Shown here: positions 1 to 13,992 of the stretch, in pieces | Numbering within the stretch: position 1 is the stretch's first letter | Layout of the letters: each line of letters opens with the position of its first letter | Assembly: GCA_965261085.1 (NCBI GenBank) | Contig: OZ253442.1 | Coordinates: forward strand, 1,472,001-1,536,000 | DNA: 64,000 nt | Direction of reading: 5' to 3' | From: a bacterium | Lineage (GTDB): Bacteria > UBA8248 | Notes under the pieces: model-generated | Seen by the model: only the letters and a program-made list of their open reading frames with translations | Told to the model about the DNA's origin: nothing | Databases searched by the model: none | Translations under genes and position numbers: made by a program

Positions 1-466
1 GCGCGTGGGCGCCGATGTGATCGGAGATGATGCAGCCGAGCAGCCCCTTGCCCATCGCGCGCTCGAGTTCGGCCGCCGCGGCCTCGCCACCGTTCTGCAT
101 GGGTAGGTTGCAAAGGCCCCGGAATTGCGCGGCGTTCTTGTTGCAGAAATCGACGACGCCGTCGTTTTGCACCTGAATGATCTCCTCGCCAGCCGCGCCG
201 CCTATCCAGTAATAAAAAGTCGGCGGCGGCGGGGAGGCCAGCGCCATCTCGAGGCGGTCCTCCTTCATGTCGCTGAGCTTACGCTCCGCGTCGGCGAGTT
301 GAACCGCCCAGTTCTCCTCCGTCATCTTCGCGTTGTACCGGGAGGATTCGGGAGGGAAGAATCCCTCGAAGCTGTCGGCGTGCTGGGGGCGGCTTTCGCG
401 CTCTTTGGCGGCGAGCGCTTCCGCCTCGGGGATATAGATGTGGTGGTGCAAATCGATGTTGGGCAA
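1..466 (-). CDS. Amidohydrolase family protein (Amidohydro_2/ACMSD-like), partial, runs off the window start
   Basis: Not in the ORF track; read manually. TTG start at 466 with GGAGGG SD. MPNIDLHHHIY (D-x-H-x-H metal motif), SPPPPTFYYW, QND, FRGLCNLPMQ...AAAELERA. Confidence 0.85.
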   Translation of the reverse strand, partial: MPNIDLHHHIYIPEAEALAAKERESRPQHADSFEGFFPPESSRYNAKMTEENWAVQLADAERKLSDMKEDRLEMALASPPPPTFYYWIGGAAGEEIIQVQNDGVVDFCNKNAAQFRGLCNLPMQNGGEAAAAELERAMGKGLLGCIISDHIGAHA

Positions 467-701
467 GGGGACTTCCCTCCGTTTGGGTTCTTTTGCGGCG
501 TCTTCACGCCCGCTTGGTTGTAGAAATGATGATGACTCTTGGGGGAGAGAGTAGAATCTGGCGCTTTCGGCGTCAATCGGGGTTTGCGCCCGCCGATTGA
601 CGCCCTCGATTCTGAGTGAGAAACTTGGGGTCGCGTGCTCGCCCGGGTTCGGCGGCGGGAGGTTTTCCGGCTCCTGGGCTTGCGTTGGGGGGACGATTCC
701 G

Positions 702-1037
702 GTGAATGACGAGGACGCTCCACAACTCCCGCGTTCCTATGAGGGCTTCAGGGCCTTGCAGGCCGAATTCGCGCGCTATCAGGAGCGGGCGTTTCCGGAG
801 CGCGAGCCCAGGTTTTTCGCCCTGGAGCTGGCGGGCGAGACGGGCGAACTCGCGAATCTGGAGAAAAAAGAATGGAAGGGCCGCGAAATCGACATGGCGG
901 CCTATACGGATGAAGCGGCGGATGTCATGATCGCCGTGATGAACTACGCCAACGCGCGGGGAATCGATTTGGGCGAGGCGGTTTCCGATAAAATGGCCAA
1001 AATCGAGCGCATCAGAAGGCAAGCACCGGAGAAATAA
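702..1037 (+). CDS. MazG-like (all-alpha NTP pyrophosphohydrolase) protein
   Basis: ELAGETGELAN...DEAADV (ExxE...ExxD motif). GTG at 702 preferred over the ORF-track start at 597. Confidence 0.8.
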   Translation: MNDEDAPQLPRSYEGFRALQAEFARYQERAFPEREPRFFALELAGETGELANLEKKEWKGREIDMAAYTDEAADVMIAVMNYANARGIDLGEAVSDKMAKIERIRRQAPEK

Positions 1038-1148
1038 GCCGGGAAATCTCGTCATTTTTCAATTCCGTATTGGGGCGGTATCGAAAAGGGCGGACACAGA
1101 AACAAGCCGCAGGATGAATGTTCTGCAGAGCGGAAAGGATGAAATTCG

Positions 1149-1958
1149 ATGTCAGGCCACCCGACGGAGCCTGCCGACCTCGCCGACGTGCAGGCGAGTT
1201 CCGATGAGCGCAACGTCAAGATAGACAAGGTGGGTGTCAAGAACATCCGCTACCCCATCGTGGTGAAGGACAGGGCGAAAGAAGCCCAGCACACCATCGG
1301 CAACGTCAACATGTACGTGGATTTGCCGCACCACTTCAAGGGCACCCACATGAGCCGTTTCATCGAAGTGCTGAACGAGCATACCGACGCCATCGGCGTG
1401 GACAGCGTGCCCATGCTATTACAAACCATCCGCGAGCGCTTAGACGCGCAGACCGCGCATTTTTCCGTAACCTTTCCCTACTTCATGCAAAAGGCGGCTC
1501 CCGTCACGGGTGCGGAGGGCCTGATGGCGCTCGAGTGCGGATTCGACGCTTCGGCGGGTGCCGTGGACGACTTCATCCTGAGCATCATGGTGCGCATCGC
1601 CACGCTGTGCCCGTGCTCGAAGGAGATCAGCCTGCGCGGCGCGCACAACCAGCGGGGGCACGTGAGCATCAAGGTGCGTTTCGACGGCGAGTTCTGGATA
1701 GAGGAACTCGTCGAGATCGCCGAGAGCGCAGGCAGTTGCGCGCTTTATCCGATACTCAAGCGCGAGGATGAGAAGTTCGTCACCGAGACGGCTTTCGACA
1801 ACCCCCGCTTCGTGGAGGACGTGGTGCGCGAGGCGGCCCTTCTGCTCAGAAACGACAAACGCATCAGGTGGTTCCAGGTGGAGGTGGAGAATTTCGAGTC
1901 CATCCACGACCATAACGCCTACGCCTTCATCGAGGAAGAGGTAAGCCACAAGGAGTAG
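1149..1958 (+). CDS. folE2: GTP cyclohydrolase IB
   Basis: DVQ..IDKVGV, KGTHMSRF, TLCPCSKEIS, GAHNQR, ENFESIHDHNA motifs. Confidence 0.95.
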   Translation: MSGHPTEPADLADVQASSDERNVKIDKVGVKNIRYPIVVKDRAKEAQHTIGNVNMYVDLPHHFKGTHMSRFIEVLNEHTDAIGVDSVPMLLQTIRERLDAQTAHFSVTFPYFMQKAAPVTGAEGLMALECGFDASAGAVDDFILSIMVRIATLCPCSKEISLRGAHNQRGHVSIKVRFDGEFWIEELVEIAESAGSCALYPILKREDEKFVTETAFDNPRFVEDVVREAALLLRNDKRIRWFQVEVENFESIHDHNAYAFIEEEVSHKE

Positions 1959-1999
1959 TTCGTTTCGGGCTCAGGGTGGGGTAAGGGCAGAGTCGAGAG

Positions 2000-2437
2000 T
2001 TAGAGGGAGAAGTAGTATTTCCTGTCCCATCCCGCGATCATAAAGATGCCTCTGTCGATGATGTCCCTTCCGAGAAGCCCTTGGTATCTTGACGTATCTC
2101 CAAGGTATTCCATCACCTGGATATTCTGAACGGGAAAGGTTTGCAGATTGGAACCCTGAGCTCTTTTGGGGTCGCCGAAAGGAATCAGCAGATCGACGAG
2201 GTAAGTGTTCATGCTTGCGACGCCGGAAGCAACGCCGACGGTTTGTTTCCCGAGAGAACGTAAACCTGTTCGTTGCACGATTTCAGGAGATATACAGGTG
2301 ATGGATGCGCCAGTATCAATCAGAAAATCCGCCCCTGTAGCCTGCCCTGTTGGTGCGACCAACGCCCCCGCTTGTGTGAAGAGAATGTGTATTATCGGGC
2401 CAATGGCAGGGTCATACTGAAACGACATGGATGGCAT
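2000..2437 (-). CDS. Retropepsin-like (clan AA) single-domain aspartyl protease
   Basis: FLIDTGASITCI catalytic motif and GLLGRD motif; 145 aa. Confidence 0.85.
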   Translation of the reverse strand: MPSMSFQYDPAIGPIIHILFTQAGALVAPTGQATGADFLIDTGASITCISPEIVQRTGLRSLGKQTVGVASGVASMNTYLVDLLIPFGDPKRAQGSNLQTFPVQNIQVMEYLGDTSRYQGLLGRDIIDRGIFMIAGWDRKYYFSL

Positions 2438-2678
2438 GAGAAAAGAACCCCATATCTACGATTCGTTCGGTTATTTCTTGAACCGAAAACAAATCGTCGT
2501 CGTATTTATCTTTGGCGAAAACAACGGCGTCATGTACGGAATCGAAAATTTGCTCCACTTTCTCGCCGCGCATGAGGGCGAACCTTCCGTAGTGCTCTGC
2601 AATCAGTTCCGGCAGCAACTTTTGAAAAGCCTCATAGTTTCTGTCCACTTCGGTCTGAATTGCCGAATTATTCATCAT
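2412..2678 (-). CDS. Small protein resembling the DUF5678 family, overlapping the protease gene
   Basis: 88 aa, NYEAFQKLLPELIAEHYGRFALMRGEKVEQIFDS..A; GGAGGAG-type SD upstream. Confidence 0.7.
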   Translation of the reverse strand: MMNNSAIQTEVDRNYEAFQKLLPELIAEHYGRFALMRGEKVEQIFDSVHDAVVFAKDKYDDDLFSVQEITERIVDMGFFSHAIHVVSV

Positions 2679-3030
2679 CGCTCCTCCCCGAATCTTTCAG
2701 GGAAACCCTCACTTGTAGTGAGTTCCCGATGCGCTTTGCGGGCCCACGCTGCGGACAAGGCTCACCTATGCTCAGATATAATATATGACCTCATATTCCA
2801 ATATACTATACCATTGTCGATACGATTTCACGACAAATGTCGAATTACAGATAAAATTTTACTTCCCGTAGCAGAACATAGCGGCCATGTTCCATGAGCC
2901 TTGGCGAATCATCCCGAACACTACTAGAACACTACAATAGAAATCTTGCGCTTTTCTCGCGCTTGAAAATCACTTATAACCACTCTTTGGTTGGCGTTTG
3001 AACCTTTAAGCGTTTGATTCGGGGCTGTTT

Positions 3031-6804
<3,774 letters not shown>

Positions 6805-6862
6805 CTTTCGTTTCCACATCACGCATCACGCCCGGGGGGATGGCTGCATTCTGATTTCCCCG

Positions 6863-6891
6863 TTGACGGCCCGCCTGTGTGCGATTAGATT
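6863..6891 (+). promoter_or_regulatory. Sigma70-type promoter upstream of tRNA-Leu/tig
   Basis: TTGACG-17 bp-TAGATT. Confidence 0.5.
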
Positions 6892-6982
6892 GAAAGGCTT
6901 AAGGTACCGGCCCGGGGGACTCTTGATGGGCGGTGGATTCGGACGTGGCTTTCAAGTATAAGCCTTTGTTCGCCAAGGAGAT

Positions 6983-7067
6983 GCGAGGGTGGCGGAACTG
7001 GTAGACGCGCTGGATTTAGGTTCCAGTGCCTTCGGGCGTGGGGGTTCGAGTCCCCCCCTTCGCACCA
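6983..7067 (+). tRNA. tRNA-Leu(TAG)
   Basis: Acceptor GCGAGGG/CCTTCGC, anticodon arm CTGGA-TT TAG GT-TCCAG, long variable arm, GTTCGAG T-loop, encoded CCA. Confidence 0.96.
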
Positions 7068-7116
7068 ATGGCTGTAATTTTTCATGTTGTTGAGTTTCGA
7101 TTCTGGAGAGTGAGGA

Positions 7117-8487
7117 ATGACCGGCACAGTGAGCGACATCGACGCCTGCACGAAGCGTCTGGAAGTCGCCGTCCCGCGCGCGGAGGTAACGGAAGAGATA
7201 GACCGCGCCTACAGGCGCCTCTCGGGGCGCGTGAAGATCAAGGGTTTCAGAAAAGGGAAAATCCCCCGCCGCGTACTCGAGCGCTATTACGGCGAGGAGG
7301 TGCAGGCGGAGGTTCTGAACCACCTGATATCGACTTCTTACCGGAGTTTGCTGGAGGATATGGGCATGCGCCCGGTAGGCGAGCCGAACGTGACCGACAT
7401 CCAGATGGAGGACGACGCGCCGGAGTTGACCTACAAGGCGACGGTGGAGGTCATCCCTCCCTTCGAACTCGGCGAGTACAAGGGGCTTCAGGTGAAGGCC
7501 CATCGACATACGGTGACGGATGAGATGGTCGAGACGCAGATCGAGGCCCTCCGGAAGCGGGCCGCCACCTTCGAGGACGTGGACAGGGAGGTTCAGGCGG
7601 GAGACTATGTTCTCTTCGACATCGAGGGGTTCGAGGACGGCGAGGCCGTGCCCGGCACCCGGGGGGAGAACCAGGCCCTCATGATCGGAGGCGATGAGGG
7701 TGAAAAGGAGTTGAGCGATGCGCTCCTCGGCGTGAAGAGCGGCGAGGAGAAAGAGGTCGACATCGACGTTCCCGAGAACGCCTCGCCGAACATCGCGGGC
7801 AAGAGCCTCCAGTTTCGGCTTCACCTGAAAGAAGTGAAAGAGGCGCATCCTCCCGAACTGGATGAGGAATTTGTAAAATCCTTAGGGAGAGGCTATACGA
7901 GCACGGAGGATTTGCGGGCGGACGTCGCCAAGGAGATGGAATCCATGGAGGATGCGAATGCGCGAGGCCACGGAATCTCGGAGCTTCTGGCCGCGCTCTT
8001 GGAGACGCATCCCTTCGAGGTGCCTCCCTCCCTGGTGAAGGGGGAGGCGGATGAGCAGATTCGCGAATACGAGCGGCGCCTGCGCCAGGAGAACCCCGAC
8101 GTTCAACTCTCGGAAGCCAAAATCGAGGAGTTGCGCGAGGAGTTGAAGCCCCGGGCCGAAGAGCGGGTGCGCCAGCTCATCATCGTGGAGCGCATCCGCG
8201 AGGCCGAGGAAATCGAAGCGAGCGCCGAGGAGGTTCAGGCGCAGATCAACATGTCGGCCGCGCGCTACGGCATGACGCCCGACAAGCTTCGCGAGAGAAT
8301 GATGACGACCGGGGCGATGGCCTCGCTCGTCTCGAATATCAACTACAACAAGACGGTGAGTTGGCTCTATGATCAGGCCGACGTGGAATTCGACGTTCAC
8401 GATGCCGCCGAGCATGAAGCGCATTCCCACGACCATGAAGAGGGTGGGGAGCATTCTTCGGACGGCGATTCGAAAGAGGATGGATAA
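7117..8487 (+). CDS. tig: Trigger factor
   Basis: GFRKGKIP ribosome-binding signature; tig-clpP-clpX order. Confidence 0.95.
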   Translation: MTGTVSDIDACTKRLEVAVPRAEVTEEIDRAYRRLSGRVKIKGFRKGKIPRRVLERYYGEEVQAEVLNHLISTSYRSLLEDMGMRPVGEPNVTDIQMEDDAPELTYKATVEVIPPFELGEYKGLQVKAHRHTVTDEMVETQIEALRKRAATFEDVDREVQAGDYVLFDIEGFEDGEAVPGTRGENQALMIGGDEGEKELSDALLGVKSGEEKEVDIDVPENASPNIAGKSLQFRLHLKEVKEAHPPELDEEFVKSLGRGYTSTEDLRADVAKEMESMEDANARGHGISELLAALLETHPFEVPPSLVKGEADEQIREYERRLRQENPDVQLSEAKIEELREELKPRAEERVRQLIIVERIREAEEIEASAEEVQAQINMSAARYGMTPDKLRERMMTTGAMASLVSNINYNKTVSWLYDQADVEFDVHDAAEHEAHSHDHEEGGEHSSDGDSKEDG

Positions 8488-8490
8488 AAA

Positions 8491-9141
8491 GTGGCTCTCG
8501 TACCCATGGTGGTGGAACAGACGAATCGAGGCGAGCGGGCGTATGACATCTACAGCCGTCTTCTCAAGGAGAGAATCATCTTTCTGGGCACGGCGATAGA
8601 CGACACCATCGCGAACCTCGTGACGGCCCAGCTTCTTTTCCTGGAGGCGGAGGAACCCGACCGCGACATCGCCATGTACGTGAACAGCCCGGGCGGCGCC
8701 GTCACGGCGGGTCTGGCCATTTACGACACGATACAGTACATCAAGCCCGACGTGTCGACCATCTGCATCGGCCAGGCGGCGAGCATGGGCGCGCTCCTGC
8801 TGACGGCGGGCGCGAAGGGCAAGCGCTACGCCCTGCCCAACTCGCGCATCCTGATCCATCAGCCCCTCGGCGGCGTGCAGGGACAGGCGAGCGACATCGA
8901 CATCCAGGCGCGCGAGATTCTCCGCATGCGCGAGAAACTCAACGAGATTCTCTCAAGACACACCGGCCAGTCGGTCAAGAAGATTGAAAAAGATACCGAT
9001 CGTGATAATTTCATGACGGCCGAGCAGGCGAAGGACTACGGCCTGCTCGACGACGTGATCGTCGCGCGCACGGCTCCATCGAACGGCAGGCCGGGCACCG
9101 GCGACGATGACGACAAGAACCAGGAGAACAACGGTTCCTAG
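8491..9141 (+). CDS. clpP: ATP-dependent Clp protease proteolytic subunit
   Basis: [30 protein letters not shown]. Confidence 0.98.
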   Translation: MALVPMVVEQTNRGERAYDIYSRLLKERIIFLGTAIDDTIANLVTAQLLFLEAEEPDRDIAMYVNSPGGAVTAGLAIYDTIQYIKPDVSTICIGQAASMGALLLTAGAKGKRYALPNSRILIHQPLGGVQGQASDIDIQAREILRMREKLNEILSRHTGQSVKKIEKDTDRDNFMTAEQAKDYGLLDDVIVARTAPSNGRPGTGDDDDKNQENNGS

Positions 9142-9193
9142 CCGGGGGTCGGTTTTGTTTCGGGAAGCGTTCTTCTCCGAGGGGGAATAATCG

Positions 9194-10435
<1,242 letters not shown>

Positions 10436-10593
10436 GCCATCTTCCGCGCCATTTCTACACTCGATGAGCGTTTCGTGAGTCTTAAGCCTCATGGTCGGCC
10501 TTACTTCGCTTCGAGAGAGTCCGCCACCGGCGGGAGCTGGTTGGTTTTTTTTATGAAAGGCGTTATTTTTAATTCGCATGGGGAAAGCGCGCG

Positions 10594-10623
10594 TTGACAA
10601 TGCGCGGGACGCTTCCCTATCAT
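10594..10623 (+). promoter_or_regulatory. Sigma70-type promoter of tRNA-Val/thrS
   Basis: TTGACA-18 bp-TATCAT. Confidence 0.65.
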
Positions 10624-10649
10624 TTCGCTATACCGGATATGCTGGACGA

Positions 10650-10724
10650 AGGCGCGTAGCTCAGGGGGAGAGCGCTTGCTTGACACGCAAGAGGTCGGCG
10701 GTTCAAAACCGCCCGCGCCTACCA
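10650..10724 (+). tRNA. tRNA-Val(GAC)
   Basis: Acceptor AGGCGCG/CGCGCCT, anticodon arm CTTGC-TT GAC AC-GCAAG, encoded CCA. Confidence 0.96.
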
Positions 10725-10818
10725 TAATGGAATTGACGATGGGGCCGATTGCCGCCGCATCGTGAGGAAGATTCGAGAAACTTCAAGAGGAGCTTGCGGC
10801 GCCAGCCAACGCCCGTTT

Positions 10819-12696
10819 ATGTCTCAACAAACCAAGCGCAAAGATTTCCCCAAAGACGCCATCGCCCTGAAGTTCAACGGCGCGCCCGTTGATTTGAATC
10901 GCGATCTTCCCGACGACGCCGAGCCGGAGGTTATCTTCCTCGATTCGGAGGAAGGTCTGGAGATTCTACGCCACAGCACGGCGCACCTCATGGCCCAGGC
11001 GGTGCAGGAACTCTACACTGGCGCGCAACTCACCATCGGCCCTCCGATCGAAAACGGGTTTTATTACGACATCGACGTCGACGTCACCTTCACGCCTGAG
11101 GATTTGAAGACGATCGAGGCGAGAATGAAAAAGCTCGCCAAAAAGAAATACGCCATCGAGCGCGAGGATATCTCGCGCGCGGACGCTTTGGCCCTTTTCG
11201 GGGAAAGGGGCGAGAACTACAAGATAGAGATGATCCATGACTTGCCCGAAGGCGAGGCGCTTTCCATCTACCGCCAGGGCGGTTTCGTGGATTTGTGCCG
11301 GGGGCCGCATGTGCCCGGAACCGGGGTGCTGCGCAACTTCAAGCTCCTGAGCGTGGCGGGCGCCTACTGGCGCGGGGATGAGAAGAACAAGATGCTCCAG
11401 CGCATCTACGGCACCGCCTTCGCGACCAAAGAAGACCTGGCGGCCCACATCCAGAGGCTCGGGGACGCGAAAAAGAGAGACCACCGCGTCATCGGCAAGC
11501 AACTCGGCATATTCCTGGTGGATGAGGACGCGGGCGGCGGGCTGATCTATTGGCCGCCCAGGGGTACGACGCTTAAGAAGGTGATCGAGCGCTTCTGGGA
11601 GGATGAGCACGTAAGGCGCGGCTACCAGCTCGTCTCCATCCCCCACATCGCGCGCGACGTGCTCTTCAAGACTTCCGGCCATTATGATTTTTACCGGGAA
11701 AACATGTATGTCCTGAACATCGACGAGGACGAATACGTCTTGAAGCCCATGAACTGCCCGGGCCATATTCTGGTGTACCAGCAGAAAATCCACAGCTACC
11801 GCGATCTGCCCTACCGCCTGGCGGAACTGGGCACGGTCTACCGCTACGAGCGCAGCGGTGCGCTGCACGGAATGCTCCGGGTGCGGGGCTTCACCCAGGA
11901 CGACGCGCACATCTTCTGCACGCCGGAACAGGCCGAGGGAGAGGTGCTGGGCGTCATCGATCTGGCGCACTTCATGCTGCGGACCTACGGCTACGAGGAT
12001 TTCGAGACCGAACTCTCCGTGCACGACGCTTCTGATTTCAGCAAGTACGCCGGCGAACTCGAGGATTGGGAGGCGGCGGAGGAGGCGCTGACAAGGGCGC
12101 TCGAAAAACGCGGCATCGCCTATAAGCGCATCGAGGGCGAGGCGGCGTTCTACGGGCCAAAAATAGACATCAAGATGCGCGACGCCCTGGGCCGAGGCTG
12201 GCAGGGGCCGACCATCCAGTTCGACTTCAACCTGCCCAAGCGCTTCGATCTGAACTACGTCGGCGCGGACAGTGCGCGCCATAAGGTTGTCATGATCCAC
12301 AGAACCGTCATGGGTTCGATGGAGCGTTTCGTTGGCGGGCTGATCGAACACTACGCGGGTGCGTTCCCCCCGTGGCTCGCGCCCGAGCAGGCGCGCGTCA
12401 TGACGATCACCGACGATCACATCCCCTACGGCCGTGAGGTGGAGCAGAAATTGCTCGCCGCCGGTTTTCGGGCGGAAGGGGATTTCCGAAACGAGAAGAT
12501 TGGGTATAAAATAAGGGAAGCCCAGAGAGACAAGATACCGTACATGCTTATCCTCGGCGCCCGGGAGGCGGAGAGGGGCGAAGTTTCCCTCAGGCTCCGC
12601 GAGCAGGGCGACGTAGGGGCCATCTCATTGGAGGAACTTATGGAGAGAATGCGAAGCGACATCGAGAATAAATCACTCACCTCGGGAACGGTCTGA
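10819..12696 (+). CDS. thrS: Threonine--tRNA ligase
   Basis: HSTAHLMA and DLCRGPH editing motifs, KPMNCPGH, RVRGFTQDDAH. ATG at 10819 chosen; GTG at 10762 is possible. Confidence 0.97.
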   Translation: MSQQTKRKDFPKDAIALKFNGAPVDLNRDLPDDAEPEVIFLDSEEGLEILRHSTAHLMAQAVQELYTGAQLTIGPPIENGFYYDIDVDVTFTPEDLKTIEARMKKLAKKKYAIEREDISRADALALFGERGENYKIEMIHDLPEGEALSIYRQGGFVDLCRGPHVPGTGVLRNFKLLSVAGAYWRGDEKNKMLQRIYGTAFATKEDLAAHIQRLGDAKKRDHRVIGKQLGIFLVDEDAGGGLIYWPPRGTTLKKVIERFWEDEHVRRGYQLVSIPHIARDVLFKTSGHYDFYRENMYVLNIDEDEYVLKPMNCPGHILVYQQKIHSYRDLPYRLAELGTVYRYERSGALHGMLRVRGFTQDDAHIFCTPEQAEGEVLGVIDLAHFMLRTYGYEDFETELSVHDASDFSKYAGELEDWEAAEEALTRALEKRGIAYKRIEGEAAFYGPKIDIKMRDALGRGWQGPTIQFDFNLPKRFDLNYVGADSARHKVVMIHRTVMGSMERFVGGLIEHYAGAFPPWLAPEQARVMTITDDHIPYGREVEQKLLAAGFRAEGDFRNEKIGYKIREAQRDKIPYMLILGAREAERGEVSLRLREQGDVGAISLEELMERMRSDIENKSLTSGTV

Positions 12697-12697
12697 T

Positions 12698-13429
12698 ATG
12701 GCGTCGCGATTCAGAGGACGGGACATTCACCCGACGGCTACAGGCCCCAGGGCCAATCGTGACATCCGTGTTCCGATGGTGCGGGTCATCGACGAGGAGG
12801 GCCAGCAACTCGGCGTTCTTCCCGTGGAAGAGGCGGTGAAGGCCGCCGAGGACAGGGATCTGGATCTCGTCGAAGTGTCTCCCAACGCGGATCCGCCCGT
12901 TTGCAAGATCATGGACCTGGGCCGCTACAAATACACGCAGCAGAAAAAGGCGCAGGAGGCCAAGAAGAAACAGCGTGTGGTGGAGGTGAAAGAAGTCAAG
13001 CTTCGCATCAAGATTGAAAACCATGACTACGTGATAAAGAAAAGACACGCGGAGCGGTTTTTGAACGATGGGAACAAGGCGAAGGTCACCATCATGTTTC
13101 GCGGACGCGAGGTGACGCACCCCGACCTGGGGCGAAAACTCCTCGAGCGCATGGCGAACGAACTCCTCGAAATCGGCACGGTGGAGCAGTTCCCCAACCT
13201 GGAAGGCCGCAACATGACGATGGTGATCGCGCCGAAATCGACAAGACCGCCCAAAAAGGATACAACGCCGCGAAAGAAATCGGGCAGGAAAGCCGAAGTC
13301 GTCTCGATGGGCGAGGAAAAACTGACGGCTCCTCTGGCGGAGGCGCTCAAGGGAGCGGAAATTCAAATCAGCCCGGCTGACGGGGCGGGTGACGAGAAAC
13401 CCGAAGGAGAAGTGAAAGAAGATGCCTAA
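12698..13429 (+). CDS. infC: Translation initiation factor IF-3 with C-terminal extension (true start may be ATT at 12725)
   Basis: [30 protein letters not shown]; thrS-infC-rpmI order. Confidence 0.96.
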   Translation: MASRFRGRDIHPTATGPRANRDIRVPMVRVIDEEGQQLGVLPVEEAVKAAEDRDLDLVEVSPNADPPVCKIMDLGRYKYTQQKKAQEAKKKQRVVEVKEVKLRIKIENHDYVIKKRHAERFLNDGNKAKVTIMFRGREVTHPDLGRKLLERMANELLEIGTVEQFPNLEGRNMTMVIAPKSTRPPKKDTTPRKKSGRKAEVVSMGEEKLTAPLAEALKGAEIQISPADGAGDEKPEGEVKEDA

Positions 13430-13619
13430 GATGAAGACGAACCGCGGGGCGGCCAAGCGTTTCAAAATAACGGCCACGGGCAAGGTGAAGCGCTTCCACT
13501 CCCATCACCGTCATATCCTGACGAAGAAGGCGACGAAAAGAAAGAGAGAACTCCGCCACAGCGTCATCGCGAATCCCACGGATGCCAAGATGATCAAGCG
13601 GCTGATACCTTATTTGTAG
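13422..13619 (+). CDS. rpmI: 50S ribosomal protein L35
   Basis: [21 protein letters not shown]. Confidence 0.98.
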   Translation: MPKMKTNRGAAKRFKITATGKVKRFHSHHRHILTKKATKRKRELRHSVIANPTDAKMIKRLIPYL

Positions 13620-13697
13620 CCTTTTCGTAGAGATGGTGACGGTTTCGCCCCGGGCGGCGAAGAGCCCGCGCCGTCATTTCACCGGAGTAAAGAAGAG

Positions 13698-13847
13698 ATG
13701 AGCAATCCGGTGGGCAATCTGAATGACTTTATAAAGTCGATCTTCGACGGGATTGGATCGTTTATAGTTGATTATCCTTACGCTGCTGGGGTAGTCCTTT
13801 TTGTAGCCATAGTCCTCAGGCGCACTATCAAGCGCGCCCGAAGGTAA
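13698..13847 (+). CDS. Putative 49-aa single-pass membrane peptide (below ORF-track cutoff)
   Basis: MSNPVGNLNDFIKSIFDGIGSFIVDYPYAAGVVLFVAIVLRRTIKRARR*; purine-rich GGAGTAAAGAAGAG upstream; hydrophobic segment then basic tail. Confidence 0.6.
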   Translation: MSNPVGNLNDFIKSIFDGIGSFIVDYPYAAGVVLFVAIVLRRTIKRARR

Positions 13848-13874
13848 CCCGCTCTTTTTTCTGACGCTTAGGGC

Positions 13875-13903
13875 TTGCGGTCCTCAGCCCGTGCGGGTAT
13901 AGT
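13875..13903 (+). promoter_or_regulatory. Putative internal promoter for rplT
   Basis: TTGCGG-17 bp-TATAGT. Confidence 0.55.
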
Positions 13904-13992
13904 CCCCCCGGTCGGTCGCAGGAATTTGTGGTATTTCGAGGCGGCCTCAGAGGGAATGGAAGAAAATCATAGATTGAGGGAGTAACCGAATC

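Noticed and set aside
2900-3030. SAM or cobalamin riboswitch upstream of metH
   Set aside because: No recognisable SAM-I/II or B12-box consensus.
6983-7067. tRNA-anchored genomic island (also tRNA-Val 10650-10724)
   Set aside because: Both tRNAs are followed by housekeeping genes. I saw no integrase or duplicated tRNA 3' end.
10730-10818. T-box leader for thrS (and for pheS, alaS)
   Set aside because: The leaders are too short and have no T-box AAGGTGGTACC-like motif.
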